DNA of 64,000 nt from Octopus sinensis (GCF_006345805.1 NC_043008.1:25110001-25174000); one strand, 5' to 3'; numbered from the stretch's first letter, positions 1 to 11,914 are shown. Program-made: numbers and translations. The notes: generated by a model from the letters alone, not told the origin.

Positions 1-59
1 CATGTTTAATTGTCTATTGCTGTCATTGTGGCAGAAGCTCAATTTATCACTTATACCAT

Positions 60-880
60 TTGTCTGGTTCAGACACGAACAATTTCGCTTTCAATCTCAT
101 TCACATAGTTGAACTTCCGTCCATGTAGGAAATGAGCCATAGCTCCGAATAGGTGGTAATCTGATAGTGCAAGGTTTGGATTGAAGGCAAAGTGAGGCAG
201 CACTTCCAGACCCTCAAGTAAGTGTTCGCTTAGCAGTGTGAGCTGGGGCATTGTCATGCTGTAAGAGTGCACACCTTTAGTTGAGTAATACTGGGTAGTG
301 GACTTTCACATAAATGTTAGTGTTCACAGCATGACCATCTGAGGGAAGCTCTAAGTCTAACACTCCATCGAAATGCCAACAAACATACATGATTTTCTGT
401 TTAAAATACTCTTCTCTGACAACAGGTTCTGAAGCCTTGCATGAACACTGCCACTGAGTTTTCTTATTAGGATAACAAAAATAGGTACCCAGATACAATT
501 TGATGCCAAAACCGAACACCTTGAGGATTTACCAGTAGTTGTTTGCAAATGTTTACACGTTGTTGAGCTTGCCCATTGCTCAGTTGATGAGTGGCTTCTC
601 AACAGCATATGTTCACCAAACTGAGCTTTTGAAGGTGCCAAGTGATGGAATTTTGTGAAGCACCAAGTTCTTCCAATAATGTATAAATGTTTGTTCAGCC
701 AATTGAAGCAAGGCCTCATTTCCTACAAAAAAATGTCTCCTTGGTTTGTCTTTGAGGCTGGTAATCACCTTCCTTGAAACGTCTGGACCAGTTTTGTGTC
801 ACACATTCAATGACACTTCCTGGTCCTTTCACATCATTAATATCTTTTGCTGTTGCCCTTGCACTCAGTCCTTTTTCCCC
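60..880 (-). mobile_element. Degraded mariner (Tc1/mariner) transposase remnant
   Basis: Minus-strand fragments KGLSARATAKDINDVKGPG..NWSRRFKEGD (N-terminal HTH, about 720-830), KIMYVCWHFDGVLDLEL (ORF 277-519) and LEVLPHFAFNPNLALSDYHLF (ORF 69-272, decayed YSPDLAPSDYHLF motif). Frameshifts and stops present; TIRs not resolved. Confidence 0.85.
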
Positions 881-2444
881 CACAGATAGCGTAAAATGGC
901 TCTAAGTGGAATTTTTTGACATCCCATTATCAAAGTTATAAAATAAAGAATAAACAAGTGATGTTTATATGTTATATATGAATAACAAGATTAAACAATT
1001 CAACTATGATTGGACAACAAGTGATATCAAATTAATGATGTAACATAGAGATACAAGTTGCAAAAGTCATCAATGAAAATCTAAAATAACTTTTGAGTCA
1101 GTCTGGTATATTCATATATACTGTGGGTATGATTTTCGACACATAGTATCCCACTCCAATCAATTAAGTTAGTGAAAATGTTTTCACAATAAAAGCCACA
1201 AAAAACTTTATGAAAAGACCAGGTCTCCTCGCATAAAGGTTAGTTTATTTTGCAATTTATCAAAATTACACAAGCAACAAAACGGTTTAGTAACTGTGTT
1301 TGATGCAATCAGCATTTGAATGATCATGCTCATTTAAAACGAGATAGTTAGAAACTCAAGAGAGATAATTAACTTCACCGTAAATATACCCAATGTCTTT
1401 TGAATATAAAAAATTACATAAGCCAAAACTGGTATGGTCTGTGGTGTGTCCAGTGGTTTATCCTTCATTTCCACTAAGAAGTATTTTGTAAATTCGGACA
1501 GGAAGAAAAGAAATTATGTTAAACCATCTAAATTTAAAATTCCTCAACCATAACATTGATATATATGCGGAAAATGCAAGATCACAGAATTATGATAGCC
1601 AGGCCCTAAATTCCTTTGGAAAACTGTTTATTTCCAACCTTTTGTTCCTTAGGACTCAGTATTTTTATTGACATTAACCTGACAATGACTGACAGTTTAG
1701 ATATTTCCTTAGACCTCAAAATCTAAGTTATATTATGTTAAGATTCGAACCCTAACAGCGAAAATCATGCGTAAGCCACAACAGTTCCAACTGATTGATC
1801 TATAAGTCAGCATGAAGTTATGGTGTGATATGACTTCTCAGATGATTTAAAATTCTCCCCACTTTTTACCTTACTTAGACAGTTTGGCATCTAACTCACT
1901 AGGCAGACCAATTGAGGAACACACCCAACCATCTCAGATACTTAGGCAGAGCGCTTGGACAGACCACCTTGAGCAAGAGACAATTTCAGGCACTCACACA
2001 CGATGCCTACAGCTAGACTACAACAAGACACAGCAGGGCCCTCTCCTCCCAGTTGGGAGTTATGGTATCTGCATCTTTCCTTTCTAGATATCCAACACAG
2101 TATATCATTTCCGTCAATAAATACGTTAAAAGTTAAAATTTCATGAGTTTGCTTCATTTATAATATACACAGCCAGCTAGACAACACAACAATTGTCATC
2201 AACATAATAAATATATAACATTGCAACAGCACAATCAAGGATGACCAAATAACCATGCAACACACTCTTGCCACTTACCTATTATATTTAGGAATTTAAT
2301 TCTGAATATTAGATGTCTTTCTTCATTGCAATAAGGCTTCACTGATAAATTTGTTTACAGCTTTGTTTACTTCCTCAACCATCTGATCATAAGAACTAGG
2401 TCACTCAGTTTATTATGATTCACCCTGCCTTCTTCCTAAATATT

Positions 2445-2610
2445 AGGACGTGCGACTGTGTAGTAAGAAGCTCGCTTCCCAACCATAAGATTCTAGGTTC
2501 AGTCCCGCTGTGTGGCACCTTGGGCAAGTGTCTTCTACTATGGCCTAAGGCCAACCCAAGCCTTGTGAGTGGATTTGGTTGACAGAAACTGAAAGAAGCC
2601 CATCGGAAAT
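2445..2610 (+). mobile_element. tRNA-derived SINE (family with GGCAAGTGTCTTCTACTAT core and GAAACTGAAAGAAGCCC tail)
   Basis: B-box-like GGTTCAGTCCC near 2496. The same family recurs at 36085-36195 (partial) and 56360-56512 (minus). Confidence 0.75.
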
Positions 2611-2624
2611 ATGTTGGCTCCAGC

Positions 2625-5600
2625 TCGTATCCGAGCATTGTGTTCGTCAGTTTCTACCCAGTCTCCTCGTCAGATGTCTGTGCCGAATGAGAGTTTGGAG
2701 TCCAAGTCGCTGGGGAAAGAGTCGTGGCCAGAATTTGCACAGGAGGGCTGGTATGGGTTTAGAATGTTTTACCTCCTCATTCTGTTGCCTGTTGTGCTTG
2801 AAGGAGCTGGCTTCATTGTGGATAGCAGTCCTCCAGCTGTCCTAGCAATCTGTTCCCATGAGGATGTTAGTTTGAGCTAGGGTCCGTTTGAGCTGGTCTT
2901 TAAAACGAAATTCCCTCTGGATCTTGTTCTGATTGAAAGTTCACCAATTGCAAGTTCTTTGGAGATGAAAGGGCTCCATGTGCTGGATGTGACCTGCCCA
3001 GCAAAGACGATAGCGAAGAGCGGTGGCTCCGACCCTTGGTAGTGACGCGCAGCGAAGAACCTCGTTGTTGGTAATGTGATCTTCCCATAGAATAATGAGG
3101 ATCTGTTGTAGCTTGGATTGCTGGAAGCATACAAGGCGCTTGAAGTCACGGCAGCACAGCGTCCAAATCTCACGAGCATTATGAAAAGTCGACAGGACAA
3201 TGGCATGGTGGTCAGCGCATAATTGAAGAATACACGTTCGCTGAATCTACCGAAGGCAGAGCAAGCTGCTCTGATCCCGTTCTCCATGTCCTTTTCACAC
3301 GTGGGGGTCTTTGAAAGGATACTCCGAAAGTATGAAATGCGTTCACCTTCTCGAGCTTTGCCGTTGATGCTAATCTTCGTGGGTGGAGTCTTCTGGCCTG
3401 GTGCTGGTTGGATCAATGTCTTGGTCTTTAATGTGTTTATCTGCATCCTGAAGCGTTCGTAAGTTGCGTTTTAAAGATCGGCCGTCCTTTGTAAGGCATC
3501 TGCGGTCCGGCTCGGTGTGCCATTGTCATCGGCATACTGCAGCCCACGGACTGAGATGGCGGAAGTGTTCCCCTTTGCGCAGAGATGTGCGAGATTGAAC
3601 AGCCCACTATCCAAGCGATAGGAAGGCGAGTCTGGTGAGATTTGTTGAACATGGCAATGTACAAAGAGAAACTGGTTGGTGCCAAGATGCAATCTTGCTT
3701 AAGGGGACCAGTGATGGGAAGCGGAGTTGTGAGGGCATCTTGATGGTATACCTACCCACCATGCCAACGTGAAGGAAGCGGACTAGGGCAATGAAGTCCT
3801 CCGGACATCCAAACCGAGAAAGGACAGCCCATATTGCAGGACGGGGGACCTTGTCAAAGGGATTCTTTAGATCCCAGAAGATGAACATTGCAAGCTGTTT
3901 TTGTTCTTGACACTCCTCCTGAAGTTGACGGGCACAAAAGGTCATGTCGATTGTGCCTCGGGAGGGTCGAAAGCCACACTGGGACTCAGGGAGGATGTCT
4001 TCCGCGAGGATGAGGAGGCGATTGAGTAGATACAGGCGAAGATCTTGCTTGAAATACTCAGGAGTGAGATGCCCCTATAGTTATTGCAATCCTCTCGGTC
4101 TACCTTCTTGTAGATAGTGATGATAGTTGCATCGCGGAAGTCGTTCGGGAGGGTCTTGCTTTTCCAGATCTTGAGGATAAGGAGCATCAGATGATTTCTC
4201 ACCACAGGACCTCCGTGGTGAAAAACTCAAACGGGATGTTATCTTGTCCCGGAGCGTTTCCAGGCTTCATGGGCTCGAATACCTTGGGGTGAGGGTGGCA
4301 GGGACATCCAACGGCAGATGGGAAGCTGTGGGGTGATTTGGAGGAGATCGTCAGGAGTGCGTGAGTGGTCGTTAAGTAGGTTCTCGAAATGGGACTTCCA
4401 GCTTTCGAGAATTCCCTGGATTTTGGTTATTGTAGAGCCAGCTGCGCTCTTCAGGCTACCCATTGGTGACCTTGTGGGGCTGATGATCTCCTTTGTTGCG
4501 GCATAAAAGCAGCGCAAGTCTCGTTGGTCCATATAGTTTTGCACCTCCTTTGCTTTTCTCTGCCACCAGATGTTCTGGTCTATTCTAATTCCTCGCTGGC
4601 ATTCCGCTGATGCTTGCTGGTGTTTTCGTTTGTTCTCCGCAGTGGTATGGTTCTCGAGGGTGATGTGCGTCCAGAGTTTGGTTTCGATAAGACGGGAGAC
4701 GGTTTCCTCATTCTCGTCAAACCAGTCTTGGTTCTTCTTCCGGGCAAAGCCTATAGTTTCCTTAGCGGCAGTGATCATTGCAACACGAAAGCTGGTCCAG
4801 CGATCCTCAATCGAGGTTTGCTCTGGGAGGTCTATCAGGTGTCTCTCAATGGATTCCCTGAAGTCTTGGGATATCCGTGAGATCCGAAGTTTGGCGCAGT
4901 CGAAGTGTCGGCAAGGGTTATTTGCTGAGATCCACTTTGATGGGCGGCGGATCTTGATGTCACGAAGAGAAATAAGAAGGCAGTGATCCGTCTAGCAGCC
5001 ATCTGCACCGACATGGACAGGGTGATTTGTACATCTCGTCTGTCCCTAGATCTTGTCAGAACGTAGTCGAGGGTGTGCCAATGTTTAGACCGTGGGTGTT
5101 TCCTGGTCATGTTTGTCGGATAGGGAGTTGGTGATGACGGGTTCGTGCTCGACGCAAAGGCCCAGCTGGAGCTGGCCATTGGCATTGCATTTCCCGATGC
5201 CGTGATAACCAAGAATGCCGTTCCACAGACAATGGTCACTGACGACTCTGTCGTTAAAGTACCCCAACACGACGAGTTTATCATGCGCATGGATTGTCTG
5301 GATGGTGAGGTCCAGCAGGTTGTAGAATGAAGGTTAGACGTCGTCTATAGATGAGAGTGTAGGGGTGTACGTAGAGATCAGTGTGAAGAATCTGTCCCGA
5401 ATGAGCGGGATCCGAACAGTCATCAGGTGCTCACGGACAGTAGTTGGGATGAGTCTGTGTTGGTTCACAAATTTCGTTTTGATGGTAAGCCAACTCCATG
5501 GATGCGTAGTTCATTAGGTGTATTTGGAGCCAGCTTCTCTGATGCTGCCTTCTCTGGGTAGCCTAGTCTCGCTTAAGGCTCTCACGTTGATGTTGATGCA

Positions 5601-5990
5601 GGCAAGTTCTTAGCAGAGGAGGACTGTACGTCATTCGGGACGATTAATGTCACTCTTGCCCTGGAGTGTGCGGATGTTCCAGGCCCCGAAAGTGCGGATG
5701 TTCCAGGCCCCGAGAGGTTGTGAAACAAAAGATTTAGTAGTCGATGATGGATAAGTAGAAATAGAGTTCTGACCGCTGAGTGGGAGGTCCTCCAGCGGCG
5801 GTATGCTGGCAAGATCAAGTTGCCGTATCAGATGATCACCTCACCTTTTCTAGGGGCTCCCCATTAAAGGGTGGGATGTGGCAATCATAAAGATGCCAGC
5901 CCAATCACGAGTCCAGCTGCCGAACTCTAATGCCATGGCTATTCATTGGAGAACAACCATCTAAGATTCGCCGTCAATGTGTGGTCACGA
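2625..5990 (-). mobile_element. Near full-length RTE-BovB-like LINE, pseudogenised (APE endonuclease + RT)
   Basis: Endonuclease GAWNIRT...ALSETRL (about 5570-5715); RKKNQDWFDENE linker (ORF 4239-4778); RT PNDFRDATIITIYKK..NNYRGISLLS (3942-4205) and ARQLQEECQEQ..DLKNPFDKV (3607-3945); C-terminal region 2877-3446. About 3.3 kb and more GC-rich than its flanks. TSD not found. Confidence 0.9.
5668..5713. repeat. 24-bp-period tandem duplication in the LINE endonuclease motif I
   Basis: GTGCGGATGTTCCAGGCCCCGA at 5668-5689 and 5692-5713; the minus strand reads LGAWNIRT-FGAWNIRT-LQ. Confidence 0.95.
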
Positions 5991-6049
5991 ACTAGAGGTT
6001 TCTAGCTTTCCAGACCTGCCCCCAGCACCTGCGATACCATTGGCACTCT

Positions 6050-6266
6050 TTTACTCTCTTACTTGTTTCAGTCATTTGACTGCGGCCATGCAGGAGCACC
6101 ACCTTTAGATGAGAAAATCGACCCCAGGACTTATTGTTTGTAAGCCTAGTACCTACTCTATCGGTTTCTTTTGCCTAACCGCTAAGTTACGGATACGTAA
6201 ACACGTCATCATCAGTTGTCAAGCGATGTTGGGGAGACAAACACAGACACACAAACATATACACAA

Positions 6267-6290
<24 letters not shown>
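6050..6290 (-). mobile_element. SINE-like element ending GCATGGCCGCAGTCAAATGACTGAAACAAGTAAAAGAG
   Basis: Homologous copies at about 25252-25330 (-), 39680-39900 (+) and 54866-55040 (-). Each abuts CA/TA microsatellite. Confidence 0.75.
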
Positions 6291-6297
<7 letters not shown>

Positions 6298-6299
6298 GA

Positions 6300-6870
6300 T
6301 AAAACGGTAAGATAACAAAAGAAAGAAAGAGACCTCAATATTATGTAAATAGAGGAAATTTATCTATACAATATGTTACATTACTCGGTAGTCAAGATAA
6401 AACTCTGAGTTTCAGATGCCCAAGTGGAAATCCACAACACCATCTCTTCGGTTATCTGGCTATTTGAAAACGTTATGAAAAAATACCGTTAAATAAAGGG
6501 AAATTACTCTGTTATAACTCTGCTTGCCTGCGTACTTATACATCGCTCGCATTTTTCGTCATAAAAATTTTATAAAAATACATAAAAATATATAAAAAAT
6601 ATATAAAAATATATAAAAATATATAAATTCTTCTTGGGACATAACATAGAAAGCATGTTCTATCTGTTTTCTTTAGGGGACCAAAAACGTAACAGAAATT
6701 TAGTCACATGTGGGCATGATCCGAAAAGCTCTGTCCTTGTATTTAGACATGTAGTAGGGTCTAAGCTGCTTTTCCAGATAAGCCATCTCTCCATGTCGCA
6801 TAGACCGCACCTTCCGCTGCCGTTAGTATAGGGCTTACATCTGGCCCTACATCAAAAAGATGTTCCATAT
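6300..6870 (-). mobile_element. Penelope-like element 3' remnant (GIY-YIG C-terminus plus 3' repeat region)
   Basis: Minus-strand frame (not in the ORF track) reads ARCKPYTNGSGRCGLCDMERWLIWKSSLDPTTCLNTRTELFGSCPHVTKFLLRF with a stop at 6660-6662. This matches the PY..C-x2-C..LN.R.EL...C.H..KFLL tail of Penelope-type endonucleases. A hammerhead-like motif follows downstream. Confidence 0.7.
6395..6457 (-). ncRNA. Degenerate type I hammerhead-ribozyme-like motif
   Basis: Minus strand: stem I AGAUAA/UUAUCU, core CCGAAGA, stem II GAUG..CAUC with inner GUGG-AUUU-CCAC hairpin, extra U, GAAA, stem III ACU-CAG-AGU, triplet GUU. Deviates from consensus at U4 and by one extra U. Confidence 0.45.
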
Positions 6871-7011
6871 GCTAGCTCGAAAAACTATATCATTTTGAAA
6901 AACTTAAGGCCCTCCAAAAACTATGTAAATACCAGGAGCAAGATTATTTCTCAAGCACACATTTTACAAAATACACCTTAGCGGAAATTAAGGATAAACC
7001 CCCTGGACACA

Positions 7012-9800
7012 TCGTGTAGTGGGTGCTGTTTACGTGCCACTGGCATGGGAGCCAGTTAGGCGGCACCGGCATCGACCACGTTCGAATGGTGCTTTTTACG
7101 TACCACTGACACGGAGACCCAGTCAGGCAGCCATGGCAACGACCCACGCATGAATGGTGCTTATTGCGTGCCACCAGCACGGGAGCCAGTCAGGTGGCAC
7201 TGGCATCGGCCACAATTACAATTTTCATTTGATTGTAATTTGATTTGATTTTGATCTTTTAATTTACTCAATAGGTCTCATCAAGCACGGCATGTCACCC
7301 GACGATTCAAAGGTACTTTTTAAATGAACTAGTTATGCGGCATTACCGTAGGCTAAGGCTGCGATCTCACTTTACTTGCCGGGTCATCTCAATCACAGCA
7401 TATCTCCAGAGGTCTCAGCCTTTCACCATTGCTTCACCACCCCATCCCATGTCTTCCTGGATCTCCCTCTTCCATGAGTTCTTTCCACTGTTAGGGAGTG
7501 ACACTTCTTCACACAGCTCTCCCCATCCATCCTTAGCACATGACCATACCAGTGCAGTGGTCTCTCTTGCACACCACATTCGATGCTTCTTATGTCCAAC
7601 ATTTCTCTCAGGGCGCTTACACTCTGTCATGTGTGCACACTGACATTACACATCCAGCGGATCATACTAACTTCATTTCTTCACAGCCTACGCATGTCTT
7701 CAGCAGTCATGGCTCATGTTTCACTGCTGTGTAGTAAGGCAGTTCGCACCCACGCATCATACAATCTACCTTTCACTCAGCGAGAGGGCCTTTGTCACCA
7801 GTAGAGGTAGGAGCTTTCTGAACTTTGTCCAGGCCATTCTTATTCTAGTGGCAACGCTCTCCGAGTATCCACCCCTACTACAGACTTGGTTACCTAAATA
7901 GCGGAAGCTATCAACTACTTCTAGTTTCTCCCCCTGGCATGTGATGGAATCAGTTTTCTGAGCATCTGTGGTGTTTATTGACCCCGCGCATCTGCCGCAC
8001 ACAAAAGCTATCTTCATGGTTAATCTTCCTTTGATGTTGCGGTACCACTTACGCGTCCATAGCTTACACTGGGTACATCTTATGGAGTTTCTACCTACAC
8101 CTTTTCTACAAATCGAACAGGGCCATCTACCTGAAAGGGTTTGTGATATGTTCGCCTACCTACTTACTAGGACTTTGGTTTTTGCAACATTGACTCTAAG
8201 GCCCTTCGATTCTAAACCTTTCTTCCACACCTGAAATTTATTCTCTAGTTCTGGTAGTGATTCCGCTATGAGAGCAAGGTCACCAGCATAGAGGAGCTCC
8301 CAGGGTCAACCTGTCTTGAATTCCTCTCTAATTGCTTGGAGGACTATGATGAATAAGAGTGGATTGAGGGTAGAACCTTGGTGAGCCCCTACTTCTACCC
8401 GGAGTTCTTCATTATACTCATTGCCAACGCTTACCTTACAAATGGCATCCCTGTACGGAGCCTGTAAAACTCTTATTAACCACTCATTAATCCCCAGTTT
8501 CCGCATCGCCCACCAGATAAGGGATCGGGGGGGGACTCTGTCAAAGGCTTTCTCCAAGTCAGCAAAAGCTAGGGGTTTATCTTTGGCTAGGTATTTCTCC
8601 TGCAGTTGCCGTACCGGGAATATACAATCAATGGTGCTTCTACCTGGTACAAAACCGAACTGCATCTCATCTAAGCAGACTCTCTCTCTAATTAGTTGGA
8701 ATATGACCCTCTCTGTAACCTTCATCACCTGATCCACCAGTTTGATACCCCCGTAGTTATTTCTATCTAAAGCATCACCTTTACCCTTGTAGCAGTCGAC
8801 TATGGTGCTGCTACGTCAACCATTGCGTATGACTCCGTGAACTACCTGGTTTACAATACGGGTGACTAGACCATAACCCACATCACCAGATATTTTAAGC
8901 ATCTCAGCAGTGATTTCTGATGGGCACGGGGCTTTTCCTAGCTTCATACTCTTACTTACTTTATCTACCAAGGTGCTGTTTATTCGGATATCTGGTCCTT
9001 GTACTGGCAGGCTCTCCTACTCCCATTCATTATCCACATTCTCCACATTCAGAAGCCTTTCATAATGGCTTCTCCAAGCCTTTTTCTTTTCAGAATCACT
9101 AAAAGTAAGTGTACCATCGTCCATGCGACACATTTCACTCCTGTGACATCACAATTTTCTCTCACACACTGTCTTGCAATCCGAAGTACTTCAGGAGTTT
9201 GGTCATCACGTCGCTGAGCACTGACAAACTTCTTTTCTCCTTCTCCCTTGGTTATGTATACCTGTCGCCCAGCTTCCCTTCTGGCTATCTGGTACGGTTC
9301 CTTGATACCCCGGCTCTTCCAGGCCTGTTTCTTTGCACTAATGACCTTGTCTACCGTATTATTCCACCACCACGTTACTCTAGGTATGGTAGGGACTTTG
9401 CACCAGTCGCAGATTTGGTCTGTTGCACTCAGTAAGCTGTCCCGTAGGTATTTCCAGTTACCCACTATGTCCGAAGTCTGTAGCTTCTCCTTTCTCTCAT
9501 CAAATTTCCCACTGAATCTCTAACCATGTGAAGGGTTCTTTAACTTCCAAATCCTTTTTTCTAGATTGGTTTGCTTCTTTGCATCTTTCTGGCGTCGAGT
9601 CTAAAGTCATTAATGACTAGTCTATGCTGGGGGTACATTCTTCACCGTGGAGGGTCTTTGTATTTAAAAGCAACCTTGCATCCCGCCGTCTGGTGAGGAT
9701 GAAATCAATCTGGCTAGCAGAGTCACCTGATTGATAGGTTATCAGGTGGCTGTCTGGCTTCCTGAAGTTAGTGTTGCAGATTAATAGGTAGCATGCATCA
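7012..9800 (-). mobile_element. RTE-clade LINE (second family), degraded, 3' tail truncated
   Basis: RT ORF 8306-8737 (EMQFGFVPGRSTIDCIF..RQLQEKY..ADLEKAFDRV..HQGSTLNPLLF), QGEKLEVVDSFRYLG (7766-8017), linker (9049-9465) and endonuclease C-terminus LICNTNFRKPDSHLITYQSG..QIDFIL (about 9700-9790). Confidence 0.9.
7016..7213 (-). repeat. About 68-bp tandem repeats in the RTE 3' UTR
   Basis: Three diverged units containing the reverse complement of GTGGCAC.TAAAAAGCACC. The same unit occurs at 21740-22080, 53740-54030 and 56190-56225. Confidence 0.75.
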
Positions 9801-9869
9801 CTACCTCTATGACCTTAACAACCCAAAAGAACACGAAAACCTTCTTCTTTTCAGACATTGAATAACATC

Positions 9870-10095
9870 TCCCATCCCATGCCTCCCCACATTCCTTTTC
9901 CAGTTTTTAGAGATGGCACTGTCAATGTAGGCACACCGAAAAGTAGGTCTAGGGAGATTGTAGAGATGCTTGAACGGAGACGTGTTGATGTAAGTTGCAT
10001 ACAAGAGGTAAGAGGAAGAAGAGCTTCAGCCAGGGTCCTCACAGGTAAGGCACATAGGTATAAAATCTTCTGGGAGGGTAACAGTGATGGAGTAG
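9870..10095 (+). mobile_element. Inverted N-terminal RTE endonuclease fragment
   Basis: ORF 9858-10136 reads GTVNVGTPKSRSREIVEMLERRRVDVSCIQEVR..RYKIFWEGNSDGV, the start of an APE domain, in the opposite orientation to the adjacent RTE body. Confidence 0.85.
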
Positions 10096-10184
10096 TTTTC
10101 AACATAAAATTTTTAACATCTTTTCTCCATCTTTAAGAGTTTGTTGAGTTTCTATAGGATACTTGTTCTATAAATTCTCATAAC

Positions 10185-10226
10185 ACACCTTAAGAATAAT
10201 ATTTTATATATATATATTATATATAT

Positions 10227-10275
<49 letters not shown>

Positions 10276-10276
10276 G

Positions 10277-10307
<31 letters not shown>

Positions 10308-10440
10308 TATATCTGATATATGTATATATATATCTGATATATATATATATATATCTGACTATATATATATATATATATATATAAGAAAAGAGGGGGTTGT
10401 ATGCATATTCATATATTTAAACATATATATATGTACATGT
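10185..10440. repeat. Imperfect (TA)n microsatellite
   Basis: Direct reading. Similar TA, CA and TACA tracts at about 11812-11913 (GT), 15160-15250, 15580-15630, 20870-21090, 30925-30968, 55388-55445 and 56765-56806. Confidence 0.95.
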
Positions 10441-11294
10441 GTTTATCAATATATATGATTTTTTGATAATAACTATGAGTAATTATTTTAAAACGAATGA
10501 AAACTAATTGAAAACGATATAATTATGAACTTTCAAAAGAGAAAATATTATTTTCTTTAAATTTATCCTTTAATTTACGAGTGTTTTTTTTTTCTTCTAT
10601 TGACAATTATTATAAATTCATATAAGTATCGATACAATCATAAAAGTAAAATATATTGAAATGATGCCACTAATAAAACTCATATTAAATATAGGAAAAA
10701 TCTCTCATCATTTTTCAGAAATTGATAATTCTTATAAATCAAACTCAGATTAATACAACATTGGTGTGCCTTCTGTATAAAACATAGAAAAGTTCACTAA
10801 CAATAAGTATAAAACATAAAGCACTAAAGATAATAATTATAGGAGAAATGTCAATGAAAGAAAAGGAAAAAAAACAGACTGAAGACAAAAATAATAATGT
10901 AAGTTTCTTGAAGAGATATATGATTCTGAGGTTTCTTAAAGATTGACCCAGTGGCGCACAAAGTATATATCACAAATTTATCAGCAGTTCTCTTAACAGA
11001 AATATATTAATGGACATATAATAGACTATTGACAGGATTATATATGTGATTGTATATGTGATTGTATATATATATATATATATTCTTGTACTTGGGGATG
11101 GTTAGCTTTTGCTAGTTAAACATATACATTATTTATTTGATCTTCACTTTAGATTTATTGTTATTACTATTTATTCGTCAGAGTTGTTTCATCACACGTT
11201 CTGTGGCCTCTTCTTTGACTATATCTCTTATGATAAAAGGCAGATTTTCTCTTCCTCCCAAACCGTTCGTTTTTTATATAATTGTACAATATAG

Positions 11295-11730
11295 AATTTT
11301 TTTCAATTGGAATTTACCTACGATTTTTACAAGTAGATTCCATTGGGTCATGGCATGTAAGTTTTTTTCTATTTGACCCCCAATTAAGCAAAAATTCGAG
11401 AAAAGTAAATATTTTACGATTTCCCTCTCTAATTTCAACTGCTTCACTCATGCTATTATCATAATTACTCCTACTTTCTCTTTGCAAGTGTACCTTAAAC
11501 CACTACAAAAAAAAATACAGAGCAAACAGAAACAAATAAATACATAACGATTTACTCCTCACACAATTTCTTCAATTAGAGTTTACCTAGGATTTTTTCA
11601 AGTACATTCCATTCGGTCATCGCATATAAATTTCTTTCAATTTGACCCCCAAGTAAGCAATAATTCGAGAAAACTCAATATTTTACGATTTCCCTCTCTC
11701 ATTTCAAAGGCTTCACTCCGCCTATTACTC
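11295..11730 (+). repeat. Diverged direct repeat, about 170-bp units with about 270-bp period
   Basis: TTTGACCCCCAA.TAAGCAA.AATTCGAGAAAA...AATATTTTACGATTTCCCTCTCT occurs at about 11370-11430 and again at about 11640-11700. Confidence 0.8.
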
Positions 11731-11852
11731 CCACTTCCTCTTTACACACATAGACACGCAAACATATACATATATGACAGTGTCAATTGTTGAAAGAAAA
11801 TTGTAAGCTAAGGTGTGTGTGTGTTTGTGTGTGTGCGCGTGTGTGTGTGTGA

Positions 11853-11914
<62 letters not shown>

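Noticed and set aside
2640-2680. Minus-strand CUGACGA...GAAAC near the LINE 3' end
   Set aside because: The intervening bases do not form stem II and the sequence lies in the LINE coding tail.
5850-5905. Three-way junction fold in the RTE-BovB-like 5' UTR as a possible HDV-like ribozyme
   Set aside because: Stems can be drawn, but I could not identify the nested pseudoknot or catalytic residues.
6845-6865. In-frame TGA upstream of the Penelope CxxC tail as possible selenocysteine
   Set aside because: The expected W-N-I residues lie in another frame, so a frameshift in a dead copy explains it. No SECIS was identified.
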